A stretch of DNA of 64,000 bases, taken from NCBI GenBank assembly GCA_016748015.1, contig JAAOMT010000480.1, forward strand, positions 1 through 64,000, read 5' to 3'. The translations under genes were made by a program, and so were the position numbers. The notes under the pieces were generated by a model. It made no database searches. It was not told where the DNA came from and worked only from the letters and a program-made list of their open reading frames with translations. Of the stretch, positions 22,782-38,700 are shown one piece after another; position 1 is the stretch's first letter, and each line of letters opens with the position of its first letter. Origin of the DNA: Geosiphon pyriformis uo1. Taxonomy: Eukaryota; Fungi; Glomeromycota.

Positions 22782-25700
22782 ATGTCATAATAAGACCAAC
22801 AAATTAGCTTGTCATTTACAATAATTTTTTCTTTGTTAGCTTTAATATTGTCTAGTGACTTGTCATTGCTGGTAAAGATGGTGTAGACAAGTTCAATAGT
22901 TTTTTTTTGTTCTTTTTTATTTTTTTATTTTTTACTTTTTTTATCTAGTTCATTTGATTGTTTTTCTTCTGGATTTTGCTTGGGTACTAAAAAAATTGTT
23001 CAATAATAACACTTAACTATAATAGGCTTCTTATTATATCTGATGATTAGTTTACAGAATTTATAGTTAAGTAAGATTTTTGCTTTTTTAAGTCATTTAT
23101 TGTTAACAATAATAGTGTATTCTTTAGCTTTAAAAATTTTCATGTTAATTTTAATGCTAATACTATTAATGTAAACAGAAACAGCTTTGGTTATACTAAG
23201 TTTTTTTTTTTTGTCACCATGCATATTGGTTATTAGTCTAGTTAAGGATTTATTAATTTTTTTATCAATGGCTTTTAGAAAATGTTTGGCAATAATACTT
23301 ACAAATAATCTACTGTCTAAAATCAAGTCAATAAAATAACTAGTTATTTGGGTTTTGTAAATTAGAGAAATAACATTGCTATTGTTAGCAAGTTTAACTT
23401 GACAAGAGTGCTTGTTGGTTTTTGGTGTTTTTTTTTTTAGAATTAAGAATTTGTAAAGATTTTTTTTAAACTGTGAATGGGTTATTAATTGGCCAAAAGT
23501 TATATGCACTAGGGTTTTTATAGGATCTTTAATAACAAAATAAAGACCAGATTTTTGTACTATCTTTGGAGATTTCAATTTTGGAAGATTCTTAAAAACT
23601 TTAGTTTTTGGTGGCTCATTGTTATTAGCAATTAATGTAGAAGCTTTATTAGAGTTCAGAACAAAATCAATCTTGGTTTTTTTTTTCTTGTTGAATTAGA
23701 AAAGTTAATTGTCAGTTCATCCATATTATAATTATTATTAGTTAAGTTAAAAATATAAAAGGGGTTTTTTTTTGGTTGGCTTGTATTCTTATTCTTTGAA
23801 AATATGCTTACCAGTTTAAAGACTAATAAATAGTAGCTTTAACCAAAAAATTCTTTTCAAAAAAATTAATGTTGGCATAATTAGGTCTTTAATTAGTGAT
23901 ATTATTATTGTTAAATTTGTTGTTTTAAGTATTATTGTTTTTAAAAACTGGAGAGAGCAATGAATAATTGTTGCAATCTTTGGAAAAATGTTTAGTTAAT
24001 CTACAATAATAGTACACAGATATTCTATAATTTTGCTGTCTTTAATAAGAAGACTGCTGGGACTAATTAAAATAAACTTCAAATTTAGGTTTTTGAAATT
24101 GTTGATTCTCTCTAACTGCTTAAATTAAAGACTCTAATAGCTAAGCAAAATTGGTTGTAAGTCTATCTATTAGTTGTTTATTGAAATTTGAAGTTTGAAC
24201 AGCAAAAGAGATAGCTGTTATTTGAAAAGCAAAAGCCATAATAAGAGCAAAAGCAAAAATTAAAAATATGAATTTCAAATACATTTTTTGGTTATTTTCA
24301 ATTCTTTAAGCAAGTTCAATAGTCATATTTATGATGGAATTATTTTTTAAAGCCAAGAAAGACCAAAAAGCATACAAAAAATTAATTTTCAATCCTTTTA
24401 TAAAAGAATAAATCTTTTGCTCTTTTGTTTAATTTCTTTTAAAGTCTATCTATTTGATAAGTTTTTTGATTGTTTTGACATATTTGGTTACAACTTTACC
24501 AGAATCTTGAATTTTTTTTTAATTCCATATACTATTTGGATATTAAGATTGGAATTTTAAATTTGTTTTTAAACTAAATAGTAAAAGAAATATTGTTTTC
24601 TCTGGTATTTGCTAATGTCTATTTAAAAATTTTTTGTTGGGTATTAACATTAGTTTTTTGTGAAAACCAAATGACAAAAGAGCCTTGAAGATATTCACCA
24701 ATGATTTAAAACTTGTAATTAGCATTATATTGATTGGCTGTAATAGCTTTTTTAAAATCATCTAACTATTTAATTGAATTTTGTGTATTGTTTCTAAATA
24801 ATAATAATAAGATGTTGTTTTTTGTCTTAGAGCAGTTTGTATATCTTAAAGAGCAACCAGAATATTTGTTTGCATAAAATCAACAGCCATTGGTTCAAAA
24901 ATAGCTGTTTAAGTAAAATAATTTAATTTATTTAAAAAGATATTAAAAACAAAAGCAGTTTAATAACTTCTTTTTTCTGTTTTAAAAAAAATTTTAGCTA
25001 ATTAATAAGCAGTAAACCAGATATGGATTTAATAGTTTAGATGTTTGAAATCAGAAAGCTGTTGTTCAAAGATTGTTGAATATAAAAGCTAATTAATATT
25101 GTTGTTATTTTTTTTAAGAGTTTTTTCAAAGTAAATTTGATCAAAAATATAAATTGTATAGGCTGTATAGATTTTAGCTAAATGCTTATTTAAGAACTAG
25201 TTTCAGAAGTTTTGGAATTGTTTACTGGATTGTTTTTCAAGAAAAAAACAAATTAAGCAAAAGAGCAGAGAATTAAATATAATAAAATCTAGATTGTTTC
25301 TGTTGTGTACTGTAAAATATTCTTCTAATTGTTGTAACAAGTATGAATAATCACTTATTCAATAAGAAAATAAGTAGATTTTAACAATCTTACAAAAAGC
25401 ACTATTTTTATATTACAGGTTGTAATAACAAGCTAATAGATAGTAAGAAAAAACAGAATTATAGAATAATAGAATTAATCAAAGGAGATTCAACTTTAAA
25501 GAACAAATTGAATAAATATGGATTTATGTATAAAATCAATCTTATTAAATATCTCAGTTACTATTTTTTTCAAAAAATAACTGGAGAATTTGAAGGTAAA
25601 AAAATAGTTTGTACTGTTAACAAATAATAACACACTAGTATAATTCTATGCTTTACATTAGCACTCTTAAAATTTGATATTAAATATCAGATATACTCTT

Positions 25701-26061
25701 CAGTTACATTTTATTTAATAGTCTTTAAATGCTATAATTATACAAGTTAGAAAAAAAGTAAGTAAATGCCAACAAATAATTTTTTATCCTAAGATGTTTG
25801 AATACTTAAAAGTAAAAAAAAAGAAATAAGCAATAAGAAAAAAATTAAGATAATAGTTGTTATTTTATTTATTCTTGATCAATTGCTATATGTTTTTCTG
25901 CATTTGAGAGACTTATTGCTTATATAGCTATTAAAAATGGTTAATAATTAAGTTAATAACTAAATCAATAATTATTATTTAAAAATAGGTTGGTTAATTA
26001 TATAATATTAATGGTTAATATATGTAATAACTAATAAAAACTATAAGTTTTAACTATAACA
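22782..26061 (-). mobile_element. Family A element A7, 5' half (5' LTR 25411-26061, gag, protease)
   Basis: Colinear with A1 39032-42340. Protease relic in ORF 23093-23578. Confidence 0.85.
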
Positions 26062-29000
26062 ATAGAGTTAATCTCTTATTACTAAAAAATTATCAAAAAA
26101 TTTTCTGAAATCACCAAATCATTCAACTATTTAACCAACAAAGATGTGAAATATCAATAAATATAGACTCAATAACAAGCTTTAACACTCTTAAAAAAAA
26201 ACTTACTACTGCTTTAATTTTTGTCAATTCCGACTTTAATAAAAGATTTTAGTTAGTTATTAATGCTTTACATATAGTTTTTGGTGTTATTTTATTACTA
26301 TTAGATAACAATAGCAATAAACAAGTGATTGTATATGCTAGTAAAACACTTAAGCCAATAAAACTCAAATATAACTTAACTAAATTAGAAAAAGCAGCTA
26401 TTATCTAAGTTTTTAAATACTTTCAGCAATATTTTAGAAATATATTCCAATTTGATATTATTATTGATAATATTGGCTTTAAATAATTTAACAAAAAAGT
26501 TATAAACTTAGTGTAAAATAATTCTAATAGATTGATTTTCTTATTAATTACAAATATATTATATACTACAAATTAGAAAAACTACATACCAATATAAATA
26601 GTCTCTTAAAAATAAGACAGAATTAATACTAACTCCAACTTCACCACAATTTACTAGCTCAACAACAACAAATAATTAACAAACAATAAATTCCAAAAAT
26701 TACAACAACATCAAAAATTATTTGAAAATTTTTACTATACCAAAAAACTGGTTTCTAATCAAAAGCAGTAATTATATTAATTAAAACAATATTTTCTATA
26801 TCATAACAAAATCTATTATTGAAACTATAAAAATCCAACAAATTTACTCAGATTAATTCAAGAAAATAAAAAAAAAACCATTTTTTACAATATGTATACA
26901 GACTTATCATTAGTATATCTAAAAAGAAATAATACAATTCAAAAAACATTAGAATATTATTTTTGGTCTTATATTCAAAAAAACATTCAACAATATGTAA
27001 AATTATGTAATAGTTGTTAAAGAAAAGAAGAAATTTATTTTACTAAACCTCTAAATCCAATTAAAGTTGGATAATTTTTTAACAAAGTCAGTATTAATTT
27101 AATCGAACTATTACTTATTATTATTTAAAAAGAACTATTATATAACAACTATAGTAGATTATCTTACCAAATAGCCCAAAGCCAAAGCTATTCAAAAAGC
27201 AAATGCAAAATTAGTAGCAAATTTCATTTATAAAAACATTATTTGTAGACATAAATGTTTAATTAAACTCTTATCTAATTAAGGAACACACTTTGTAAAC
27301 AATTTGATGTTAAAAAACCTTTATTATTACTTTATTACTCCTAAATAAATAAATAAATTAGTAAAATGTTTCAACCAAATATTGTGTGAATTATTAGCCC
27401 AAATCTCAACCAATTTTGAACAAAAATGAGATATTTTTATTTTATTAGTGTTACTAGCATACAGAACACTAAAACAAGATACTACAAAACACATACTCTT
27501 TGATTTAACTTATAAAAAAACAGTAATATTACTAATTAACTTCATAGTAAAAACATATTTAATATAGTTAATTAACAAAAAAAACTTTTAAGAAACACTT
27601 TAATAAAAAACCTATATTTTGCTTAATACTTTGAAATAAATAAATAAATAGTAACCATTTATATTAAATACTTTCAAGCTTAACAAAAAAAACAGCATGA
27701 CAACAAATTACTGCCAATCACTAATAAATTCAAAATTAAAAACAAAGTTTTTTTATATAAAATTAAGATTAAAAAATAATAGAATAGAAAATTTGAACAT
27801 AAATAGAATAAACTATTTTATATTTACAAAATCTTAGACAATAAATCATATAAATTAAGACTTAATAACAAAGTTTTAGTCAAAATTACACTTAAAAATC
27901 AATTGAAACACTATTATTCTAAAAACAATTTTAAATTATTAATTTTACAAATTGGTATACATTCCTTTTTAATTAATTCCAAAAATATTTTTTGACATTT
28001 AGAACCAATAGTTATAATAAAACAACAATTAAACTTGAATATTTAATTTACTATTATTATAATATTTTTTTAATAATATACAAATGTAAAAACAAAAATA
28101 GTAAATAATTACAAAAAAAACCCAAAACCAAAAAGATATAAAAAATTCTATATCTAAAATATTTCTTTATTTTTCAAAGCATTTTCAAATTTTAGTTTTA
28201 ATTTAATTATTTTTATCATAATTATTCTCTAAAACATTCAAAAAAGATCACAAAAATTAATAATAGCATTAAAAACACTCTTTAATTTATCTATAATAAT
28301 CAATAAAAGTCAAATTAATTACACTCAAAAAGAAACTACAATGTCAGTAATAAATAATTCTCAAAATTATTACTCTTATAGAAAAAATACAAGAAGTTTT
28401 TCTGGAATTCAATTGTCAGAACTTTTGAAGCAAGCTTTAAAAAAAACCTTTTATTTATTTTTATTGATATTTTACCAAATACCACAACTCAAAAAAAGCT
28501 TTAATTATGACTTAATAAACAAAGTCATGAATACATATCTATTTTTAGATATTTTATATTGAAAAAACACTTTATAAACAAAAACTAGAACTTAAAGCAA
28601 CAAATCTTACTTTTGAAGCTATACAAAAACAAATTTACAATAAATTTAAAACAGCAGCTGAATCAATAAATACTTATTACAAACTTAAAGCAGCTTTTAG
28701 ACTCTATAATCTATTTAATATTTGTGAAAATATTCTACAGAATTCAATACTCCAACCAATAAAGATTCAATACATTGACAAACTTACAAAACTGAAATTT
28801 CAACAATTTTTAGACCAAATTACTTCAATTATTTTGGATAATTATTTTGAAATCACAAATAATGCTTAGACTTTAATAGAGCTTAGTCTTGAGGAAAAAA
28901 TTATATTATTAGTAAAATTTTAGCCATTAATTAACATAAAGTTATTTTTATAATTTTTATTATTAATTAGTATATATTAATATTATTTCAATTATTACTT

Positions 29001-29882
29001 ATTATTTAATCAAATTATCAAATATTACTATTTAATTAATAATCCAATTTGTACAATAAAAATTCAAATGATTAAATTACACAATACTCTGAATTATATA
29101 ATATTCAAAAATTTGCTGAAATTTGTAGAAATTTACCAAAATAATGAATAGTTTATTGAAATAATTAATAGTTTGTCGAAATAACTTATAATTTATTAAA
29201 ATGTATTTTTAGTTTGTCTAAATTATAACAAAAAGAAAAGTTCAAGTTTATAAACTAATATTATAACAAGTTGTATAAAAGAAAAGCTTCTCTTTTTGAA
29301 AAAATATATCTCATTATGAATATTTTATCATAGATATCTTACTTTAAATTTATTCTTATTAGTACAATTCAAAATAAAAATTTACTTTAAAAAACCAAAT
29401 TTTGAAATAATTACACTTGATATTTCTCAAAACCTAACTAACATTTTAAAATTAATTAACTACTAATTTTAATAATTTGTTAGTAACTCTAAGCCTAAAT
29501 AAAAACGATTTTTTTAAACAAAATTCTAATTCTTTAATATTTCTTTTATTTTTTCCTTCTTTTTTTATTATAATCATTAAGATAGCCTATAGATAAAATT
29601 TCTGTAAAAGAGTTGACTTTTACAATAAAATAACTACACATTTTAGTAAACTTTTAAATAAGCAATTTCTAAGAAAAAATTGACTTTTACTACAAAGTAA
29701 TTACATATAGTAACTAGTACAAAATTGGCTATTCCACTTATAAGTCCAGCTGTTCAAATTATAGAAGATAATTTGAAAATAAATTCAGTTATTGAAAGTT
29801 TATTAACTTTCAATAAATATGAATTAACAGTAAACAGATATTAATAATATTTAAAAAAAGAGACCAAAAACCTCCAGTAATA
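26062..29882 (+). mobile_element. Family C element C1, 3' half (RNase H, IN, ORF3 ~28218-28923, 3' LTR 28904-29882)
   Basis: Decayed RNase H and integrase motifs, followed by ORF3 and an LTR homologous to 1766-3442. Confidence 0.8.
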
Positions 29883-31264
29883 ATAAATACAGATGAAAAT
29901 ACTTTTAAGATGGTCGTTTTTAATAATAATAATGATTATGAGGCAAGTAGTAAAGATAAAAAGCAGTTTAACTTTAAAACAAATATTCTTAAGACCAAGC
30001 AAGTCAATATTGGTGTTGTTTTTAATTTTCTAATTGGTTCTTTTAATTACAATATGAATAATAATAAGATTTTTTTTTTCTAATTATTTATTTTTTTGGA
30101 CAAAAAATAAATTAATCTTAAAATTACCAAAACTTAAGTAGAAGTGTCTGTTAAGAAGTTTTTTGTCTTGGATATTAATATTTTAACAGTTAAGAACAAA
30201 TTAGTAACAGCAAAAACTCAATATATTAGGAAAATATTTTTATCAATCAATAATTTAAAAAAACTACTATTTTTTTAAAATTTAAAAAGATCATTAAATC
30301 AATATTTACATTAGAGAAGAGCATAAAAAAGACTACATTATTGACTAAAAAAAAAGAAATTATTGTAAACAACAATATCAAAAAACAAAGAATTAAGTCA
30401 GATTAAACTATGGTAATTAAGAAAATTCTTATAAACATGCCAAAAAAAATGATTATTACTACAGTTTTTGCATTTGGTTAACATATGTCAATTTATTTAC
30501 AATTAATTAGGCTGTAACAAAAAGCTGTAATAAAATTTGCTAAATTGAATCAGACAGATCAGTTGGTAACTAAATAGTTATTTTTAATTAAAAAAAATTC
30601 AATGCATATGGTAAAGACTAAAAGATTGTAATATTTGAATGTTTAAAAATTGATTTAAAGCATTTTTGTTTACTTTGTCTGTAAAAACAGCTGTTTATGA
30701 TTTTAGTACTTTATTAGAAAAGATTGATAAGAAAACTTGTATTATAAATTAATTATTTAAAAATGGCAACAAAGTTTACTGTGCTCTAATTGGTTTTAAA
30801 TTAAATAAAAAGCTAGAATTTGCTCTTTACATAAAGCCAATTTTTGGTGGTTTAAAACTTTTTTAAACTAGAATGGATTTGGTTTGATATAAGAAATATA
30901 GACATTTTGGTTATTTTGTTTTGGAGTACAGTATATTTGGTTTTCTTACTTCTTTATTTTTAAAAGTATTTAAAAAGTTTTTTTCAAATGAAAATTGTCT
31001 TTAGCTAGCCAAGTTGTATGCCAAAAAAAATGTTTTTATCTTTTACCTTATTGTTTTTGGTAATAAGTTATGGGCTTAAATAGTTTTAGTGGCTTCTGTT
31101 TTTAATAATTTACTCTTTGGTTTGGGCTCTTTTTTTTTAGTGCTTCAAATTTTAATAAAAAAAATTCATCTACTTTATTAGATAACTTTTTTTTGAATAC
31201 TTATTTGGTTACTTTAAAATGTTTTTTGAAACTGCTGACTGATTAAGTATTAAGTATTGCATAT
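29883..31264 (+). mobile_element. LINE ORF1 remnant (left part of the LINE split by B1)
   Basis: Decayed frame with RRM-like segments and a CCHC-knuckle relic near 30890-30930. It continues at 63016 across TSD ATAT. Confidence 0.7.
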
Positions 31265-32059
31265 TGTTATAGGTAATTATTTGGGATGTTAAAACACATA
31301 ACAAACTTGTAACTTGATGCTTAATAGCTGGTAATATTGATAATATCTGAAAATTTTGTAATTTAAAGATTTTAGTTAAGTCTTTTGTATAATAAACAAA
31401 AATTCAATTAATGGTTTCTTCTGTGAATTTTATTTTTTAGCATGATAACCAGTTTATTTTAACAGTTATGTACTTTTGATAAGCTATTCTGAAATTTTTA
31501 CTCTTATTTTCAGATCTTTTACCAGGCTATTCTTAATATTAAATACTTAGTACTTAATTTCTTTAATTAATTAATAATAATAAAAAAATAAAACAAAAGA
31601 AAAAAAAATAAAATAAAAATAAAAAAAAAATAAAAAAAAAAATAAAAAATTAGTATTTTGTTAATAGCCATAATTAAGAGCTATTAATTTAGTGTAATTA
31701 AGTATTAGATTTTATTAATATAGAGTGTTAATAATAGAAAAGTGATTAATATTCTTAATTAAATAATGATAACATAGATTGAATGATAATTAGATATTTA
31801 TTTAATATTTAATGTGTTTCTACTTTAAGTTATAGAAACTATTTTTTAAAGAAAGAGTATTGGGTTCTGAACTTTATTAAATTCTGAATACTTTTTTGTT
31901 TTTAACACTCTTGCTATATATACATAATTTATGTTATACAAGATTCTTGAAAAATTCTGCAATTCTCTAAGAGAATTCTGGAATTTTCCATTTTACTATG
32001 CCTATTTTTGATTGGCTATTTTATCTATTATTATAATTTCTAATTTCTATGAATAATAT

Positions 32060-32722
32060 TATTCTTTTTTTTTTAATATTGAGCTTTATTAAGATCTCTT
32101 AAATCTCCTAAATTTTTCTTTTAGATTAACTTTATAATTTTTTTTTTGAGAATTACTTGGGCAATATTGGTCTGTAATTTTTTAAATTGGGTATTAGTAA
32201 TTTTCTCTAATTGGTTAATGATTACTATATTTATTGTTGAGTATAACAGTATTTTTGGACAGTTTTGAAACTTTGTTTGTAATCAGTATATTATTTATGC
32301 TTGGGTGAATAGATTGTTTTTTTCCACAAATTGTTTAAATTGTTATAATATAGTTGTATTAAATATATATTTTGTTTTATCTGTATATAAGTTCTAAATA
32401 TTGAGCTTTTGTTCCAAATAATAATAGCAAAAGTTTCTTGAAAATTGTTGTATTTACCATTTCCAATTTTTTTTGTTAACTCTTTATATAATACTATTAT
32501 TTTTAATGTTTCTATAATTATTTTTACTTTAGCTATTATATCTTCTACTATACTTTTATATTTTTTGTATACTTTATGTTGTATCTTATATTAAAGTTTC
32601 TGTTTTTTTTTTGTATATTAAATAATTTGTTAGTTGATTGTGATTTCCATGTTCAGTTTTTAATATTTGATTAACTGAAATAATTATTAGACTAACAAGT
32701 AAATATTATTAGTAATTTCCAT
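32060..32722 (-). pseudogene. Family B accessory ORF3 relic
   Basis: Manual translation gives MEITNNIYLLV**LFQLIKY*KLNMEITIN*QII...FCYYYLEQKL...FKQFVEKNNLFTQA*IIY*LQTKFQNCPKIL...NQLEKITNTQFKKLQTNI, which aligns by eye with family C and A ORF3. Confidence 0.6.
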
Positions 32723-35700
32723 CTTTCTATTTGTTTTTATTACTTGTATTGGTTTTTTATATATTATTCTTGTAGATTAATTTGACATGTTTGTGTCAAT
32801 GATAATAATTGGTTTCAAATTTCATGAAATTTTATTTAATTGAACTAATATTTATTGTATCTCTTGTTGTAAAATAATATTGGTAAATGATAATGTTATA
32901 TTGTAATATGATTTTAGTTGATTTCTATGTGCTACTTTAGCTAAAATTTTGTTGTTTTATCTTAATTTATAAGCTTTATTTCCAAAAAATTTTTCAATAT
33001 GAAATAGTCTATTCCATTTGAGATTGAATTTTTTACTTCATTGTTTTTTTACTTTGATATAATATAAAAGTACTTTGTTTTTAATCCTGAATTTGACTGG
33101 TTTATCTGGTAATTAGTTGGCATGTTATTTTTTTTGATTTGCTTGTAACTTTTGAATATTATCAGCTGTTTTTTGTCTTTTGTTTTCTAATGTTTTTATT
33201 ATGTCATATTTTTTTTTGAAAGTTGGCTTCTGTTATTGATTTTGTTGGATATGTATTAATATCTATCTTAACTAATAATGTTGCTGTTTTATCATAAATA
33301 AGTTCAAATAATGTTGTTTGTATGGTATTTTGTTTTATTGTTTAATAAGCAAATAATACTAATAATATAAACAAATCTCATTTATCCTGGTTTTTTTGGC
33401 TGATCTTAACTGTCACTTTACACAATATTCTGTTGAATTTTTTGACTAAGCCATTTGTTTATGAATAATATTGTTATGGATTGAAGTAACAAGCTAATAG
33501 ATAGCAAAAGAAAACAAAATTGTAGAATAATAGAAATAATTAAAGAGAGAATTACAATAGAAGAGCAAATTAAATGAGTAAGAATTCAATACACATAATT
33601 AGTTTCATAAAAATTACAGTTGCAAATCTTTTCTGAAAATTTGAAAGTAGAGAAATAGTCTGTAATTGTCAACAAGATAACACTATTGCTATTATTCTAT
33701 GTCTTAACTTAGTAATTCTTAGAATCAATAACAGATATTATTGTGCTTTTCAATTGTTTTTTTATTTAATGAATTACAAAAGCAAGCAATTGCTCTTAGG
33801 CTAATTTTAACAATACAAATCAAAAAAAAGAAAAAATATGATATGTGAATGCCAACAAGTAATCTTTTATTTTAATATATTCAAATACTTGAAAGTAAAG
33901 AAAAGAGAATAAGCAATATAAAAAGAAGTAATTGATAGTGGATTTTATTTTGTTACTTTAATTATGTCTTTCTATAGCTAAAAGACTTATTATTTATATA
34001 GCTATTGAAAGTAGTCAATAACCAAATTAACAGTCAAGTCAATGATCAGATCAATAATTACTATCTAAAAATAAGATAACTAATTATATGACATCAGTGG
34101 CTAATATATGTGATAATTAATAAAAAGTATGAGTTTCAACTATAATATCATCCTCTTCAAAAAGATTGAGCTTTAGCAAAATCAAGTTATTTATGGAATA
34201 ATCTAATTAAAGAGTTTTGTTTAATTCAAAGCTAACTAGTTTGTTGAAATTTTTTGTAAATAGAGTATATAATACTTAAGGCAAAATAAGTTTTGTATTC
34301 AAGAGATCAAATCTTTGTATAAGAATTTTGGCTCTTTTAACAATAGTCAAAACTCTTGAAACATTTAATCATATAATGCCCAAAATTTTTATTTGTATCT
34401 CTGAAGTTGTTTTTTTTATAAGTTTCATATTTTTTATGATTTTACCAAAGCAATTGTAGAGTTTTATTTGTCTTTTATATGACAAGTTTTTGTTAATATA
34501 TAAGATTTTTTTAATTGTAATAGAAGGTAAAAGTATTGCAAATGTTATACTTTCCAACAGATATTTATCCATTTTGTTACCAATTTTTTCTTTTCTGGTA
34601 GTGGTTTTCTTTGGTCTAATAACAGTATGTGTTCTACTGTTATCAGTTATGGTGGTCTGTTTTTCAATAGTCAAAGTAGCATTTGGATAGTTTTTGATCC
34701 AATACTCATGAAGAATATAGAAAACATTTTGAATGTTTTGATTCAGGAAATAATTGTTCATATTGATTGAAAATATCTCTGTTTTGGGAATGATGCATTT
34801 ATTTATATTTGATTTTTGTTGATCATTTGAATTAGTATTACCACAACAGATAATCAATTAGGTTGTTTGTAATATTTCTTGAGTTGTGTACCATAAACAG
34901 AGTAATCATTAAAAATTGTTCTATTTTGAACTTATAAGATATAAAAACTATTATTCAAGACTTTGTTAACTAAAAAGAGTCCTTTTTACCAGCTAGAAAA
35001 TTTATCACTATAGACATTGTCTCTGTTTAAGCAGTATTCTAATACTAAGTTATCAATACTTAAAGAAAGTGTTTTATAAGTTTTTTTTTCTTAAGCTTTT
35101 CTTGGAACTGTTTTATTATTTTAAAGGCAATTTTTTGTGCTTTTACCAATGAGTCAAGAATAGTAATAAGTCTTCTTTGCAAAATATCTTTATAATTTTC
35201 TATTGTGATTTCTTCAAAAGATATTGTTTTAATATTAGTTTCTATTAGTAATATTGTTATGCATCTATAGAGCAGATAAAAAGATTCATAACTTATTATG
35301 TTATGATTTACAGTTTTATAAGCAAACAAAGCTGAAGGCAGTACTTTGTCTTATAAGTTTGTTTCTTTACTGGTTTTGGCTAAAATTTTACATAGTGTTT
35401 TATTAAAACGTTTCATTAAGCCATTTGTTTAGGGGTGATAAAAAGAAGAAAGTTTATGATGTATTTCCATTTTTCTACAAAGTTTTTTAACCAGTATACT
35501 AAAAAAAGCTCTTTCTTTATTAGATAAAAGTTTTTTGGGGCAGTTATAACAGCAGATAATATCTTCATAAATAAAATTGGCTATTAAGACTGCTGTTTAG
35601 TCTGGAGTGGCTCTTGTTTCTACTCACTTTGTAAAATAGTCAGTAGTTGTAATAATGTATCTATTGCTATTAAGAGTTATTGTTAAAGATCTAACAACAT

Positions 35701-38700
35701 TTATACCAATTTTGTCAAATAGTTGGCCAACAAAGATTGGATAAATATCTTTTTTTCGATTGGGTTTGCTTTTTTTTTAACAAGTATTACAGGTTTTAGT
35801 ATATTTAGCAATGTTTTTTCCCAAGGTAAGCCAATAATAGTGAGTTAAAGTTTTCTAAATTGTTTTTGTTTTTCCAAAGTATTTAGCTAATAAATCAGTA
35901 TATATGTTGTATATTAAAATTTCTCTTTCTTCAAATCTGATAACTCTCTAAGAGTAATTAGAATTTTTTCTATTTCTTTTGTAAAGTTGGTTCTGGTAGA
36001 TCAAATAAAAATTTAATTGTTTGCACAAATGTTTTTTTTGCTACTGAGTGTAATCTGGTAGATATTGTCTTTTACCCAAAAATCTCATTAATGCAAAGTA
36101 GTTATCTAAGTCTATTATCATGTTTGTTTATAAGAAAGTTACTAATAATTAGGTTCGTTTGGTATAAAAAGATTGTACTGTTACTGAATAGTAAGTCTAG
36201 AAAGAGCATCAGTGTTTTAATAATTAATTCTTTTGTGATGTTAAATATCATAGTCAAATTTATTCAAGTAAAGTATTCAGCAAGTTATTTGTTTGTGTTC
36301 CAGCTTTTTTTTATTGCACAGCTAAACCAAGGCTTAATGATCTATTATTACTAGAAATTTCATGCCAAAAAAATATTGATCCCAGTAACTAATAATCCAA
36401 ACTATTGTTAAGCATTCTTGTTCAGTAACTGAATAGTTTTTTTCTGCTGATGTAAAAATTTTATTGACATATACTATAACATGTTTCTTACCATTTTCAT
36501 CTTTTTGTGAGAAAATAGCACCAAGTTTATAGCCAAATACATCAGTATGTAAGATAAAAGATTGATTCAGATTAGGTTGTTTAAGAATTGGTTTAGTAAC
36601 AAGTTTTTTCTTTAGAGTTCAAAAGCTTTTTGTTGATAAATGTTCCAGTAATAATTGACATTTTTCCTGAGTAGCTAATTGAAAAGAAAAACAATTTTGG
36701 AGAAATCCTTAATAAATTTGTGATAATAAAAAGCCAAACCAAAGAAAGAGTGTAATTCAGAAATATTCATTAGTTGTTTAATGTTCTGAACTTTTTCAAC
36801 TTTATCTTGAGGCCAGCATTTTTAAGGAGGTCAAAAACTTTTTGCAAGTGTTTAAGATGTTTATTTTAGGTTTTTGAATATGCTATTATGTTGTCTAAAT
36901 AAACCAGAACAAAGTTTTCTTTTACTGATTCAAAAACTTTGTTCATTAGACATTGAAAGATGAGAAGAGCATTAGTGAAACCAAAAAACATGACTGTAAA
37001 TTCATAGGTACTATACTTGGTAATAAAGGCAGTTTTCTTTCTGCTTTCTGAATTTATTTTTACTTGCCAGAATTTAGTAGTTAAGTCAATAGTTAAGAAG
37101 AAAGCAGCACTATTGAATTTGTTTAGCATTGTATCAATTTTGAAAAGTAGATACATATCTCTTATAGTGATGGTATTTAATTAGTAATAGTCAACACAAA
37201 AGTGTAGGGTTTCATCTTTTTTGAATATTACTACAACAGAAAAAGCTCATTCACTTTTGGTTTTTTGTATAAATCCAAGATTTTTTATTCAGATTATTTC
37301 TTTCTTGATAAACTTATCATTGTGTTGATTGGATTAATAAGACTTTAAATAAATGAGACAAGTTTCTCTGATGGTAATAGTGTGTTGTATTACATGGGTT
37401 TATCCAGAAATATCATCTTTTTTTGAGATAACTGAGCTATTTCTAGCCAACAGATTTTTAATGTCTATTTTTCTTTCTTTAAAGAAGTGTTTTTTTTGTT
37501 CTATTATAAGTGATTGGATCTTAGATAATTTATTTTTAAAGAACTTTTGTACTTTTTTTAGTTCTTTTCTTGGTATTAGGCTAATAAGTTTCCAATCTTT
37601 ATAATAAATTAGGCAGGATTTGTATTCATTACTAGAAGAATACAAAGATTTATTATACCAATACCAAACACAAAGACCATGCCACCAATAATTGTATTTT
37701 GTTTTCTTGCCAGGTTTTTTATCAAAAGTTCTTCTGAGGATATTATAGTAAGATCAACAAATTAGCTTGCCATTTACAATAATTTCTTTTTTGTTTTTAA
37801 CATTGTTTAATGGCTTGTTATTGCTAATAAAGATAGTATAAACAAGTTTAGCAGTTTCTTCTTGTTCTTTTTGATCTTTTTTTTTATCATTCTCTTTATC
37901 ATTTGATTCATCTGATTGCTTATTTTTTTGATTTTACTTAAGTACTGAAGAAATTGTTTAATAATAATACTTAATTACAATAGACTTTTCAATACATCTG
38001 ATGATTACTTCACAAAGTTTATAGTCAAGTAGTGTTTTGGCTTTCTTAAACCATTTATTGCCAACAATTATGGTGTACTTTTTTGCTTTAAATACTTCCA
38101 TGTCAGTTTCAATGCTAATGCTATTAATATAAACAGAAACAACTTTGGTAATATCAAGTTTTTTTTTTTTGTCATTATGCACATTGGTTATAAGTTTGGT
38201 TAAAAGTTCATTAATTTTTTTACCAATTGCTTTAAGAAAATATTTGGCAATAACATTAACAGATGATCTACTGTTTAAAATTAGATCAATAAAGTAGCCA
38301 GCCATTTGGGCTTTGCAAATTAAAGGAGTAACATTGCTGTTGTTAGTAAGTTTAGCTTGGTAAGAATGCTTGTTGGTTTTTGGTTTTTTTTTCTTTGGGA
38401 TTAAGAATTTGCAAAGGTTTTTTCTGAATTGTGAATGAGTTATTAATTGGCCAAAAGTAATGTAAACTAGAGTTTTCATGAGATTTTTGATAATAATATA
38501 GAGACCAGATTTCTGTACAATTTTTGAAGGTTTCAGCTTTAAAAAATTCTTAAAAACTTTAATCTTTAGTGGTTTATTGTTATTAGCAGTTGATATAAAT
38601 GTTTTGTTTAAGTCTAGAACAAAATCAATCTTGGCTTTTTTTTTTGTTAATTCAGAGATGTTGTTTGCTAGTTCATCCATATTATGATTATCATTAGTTA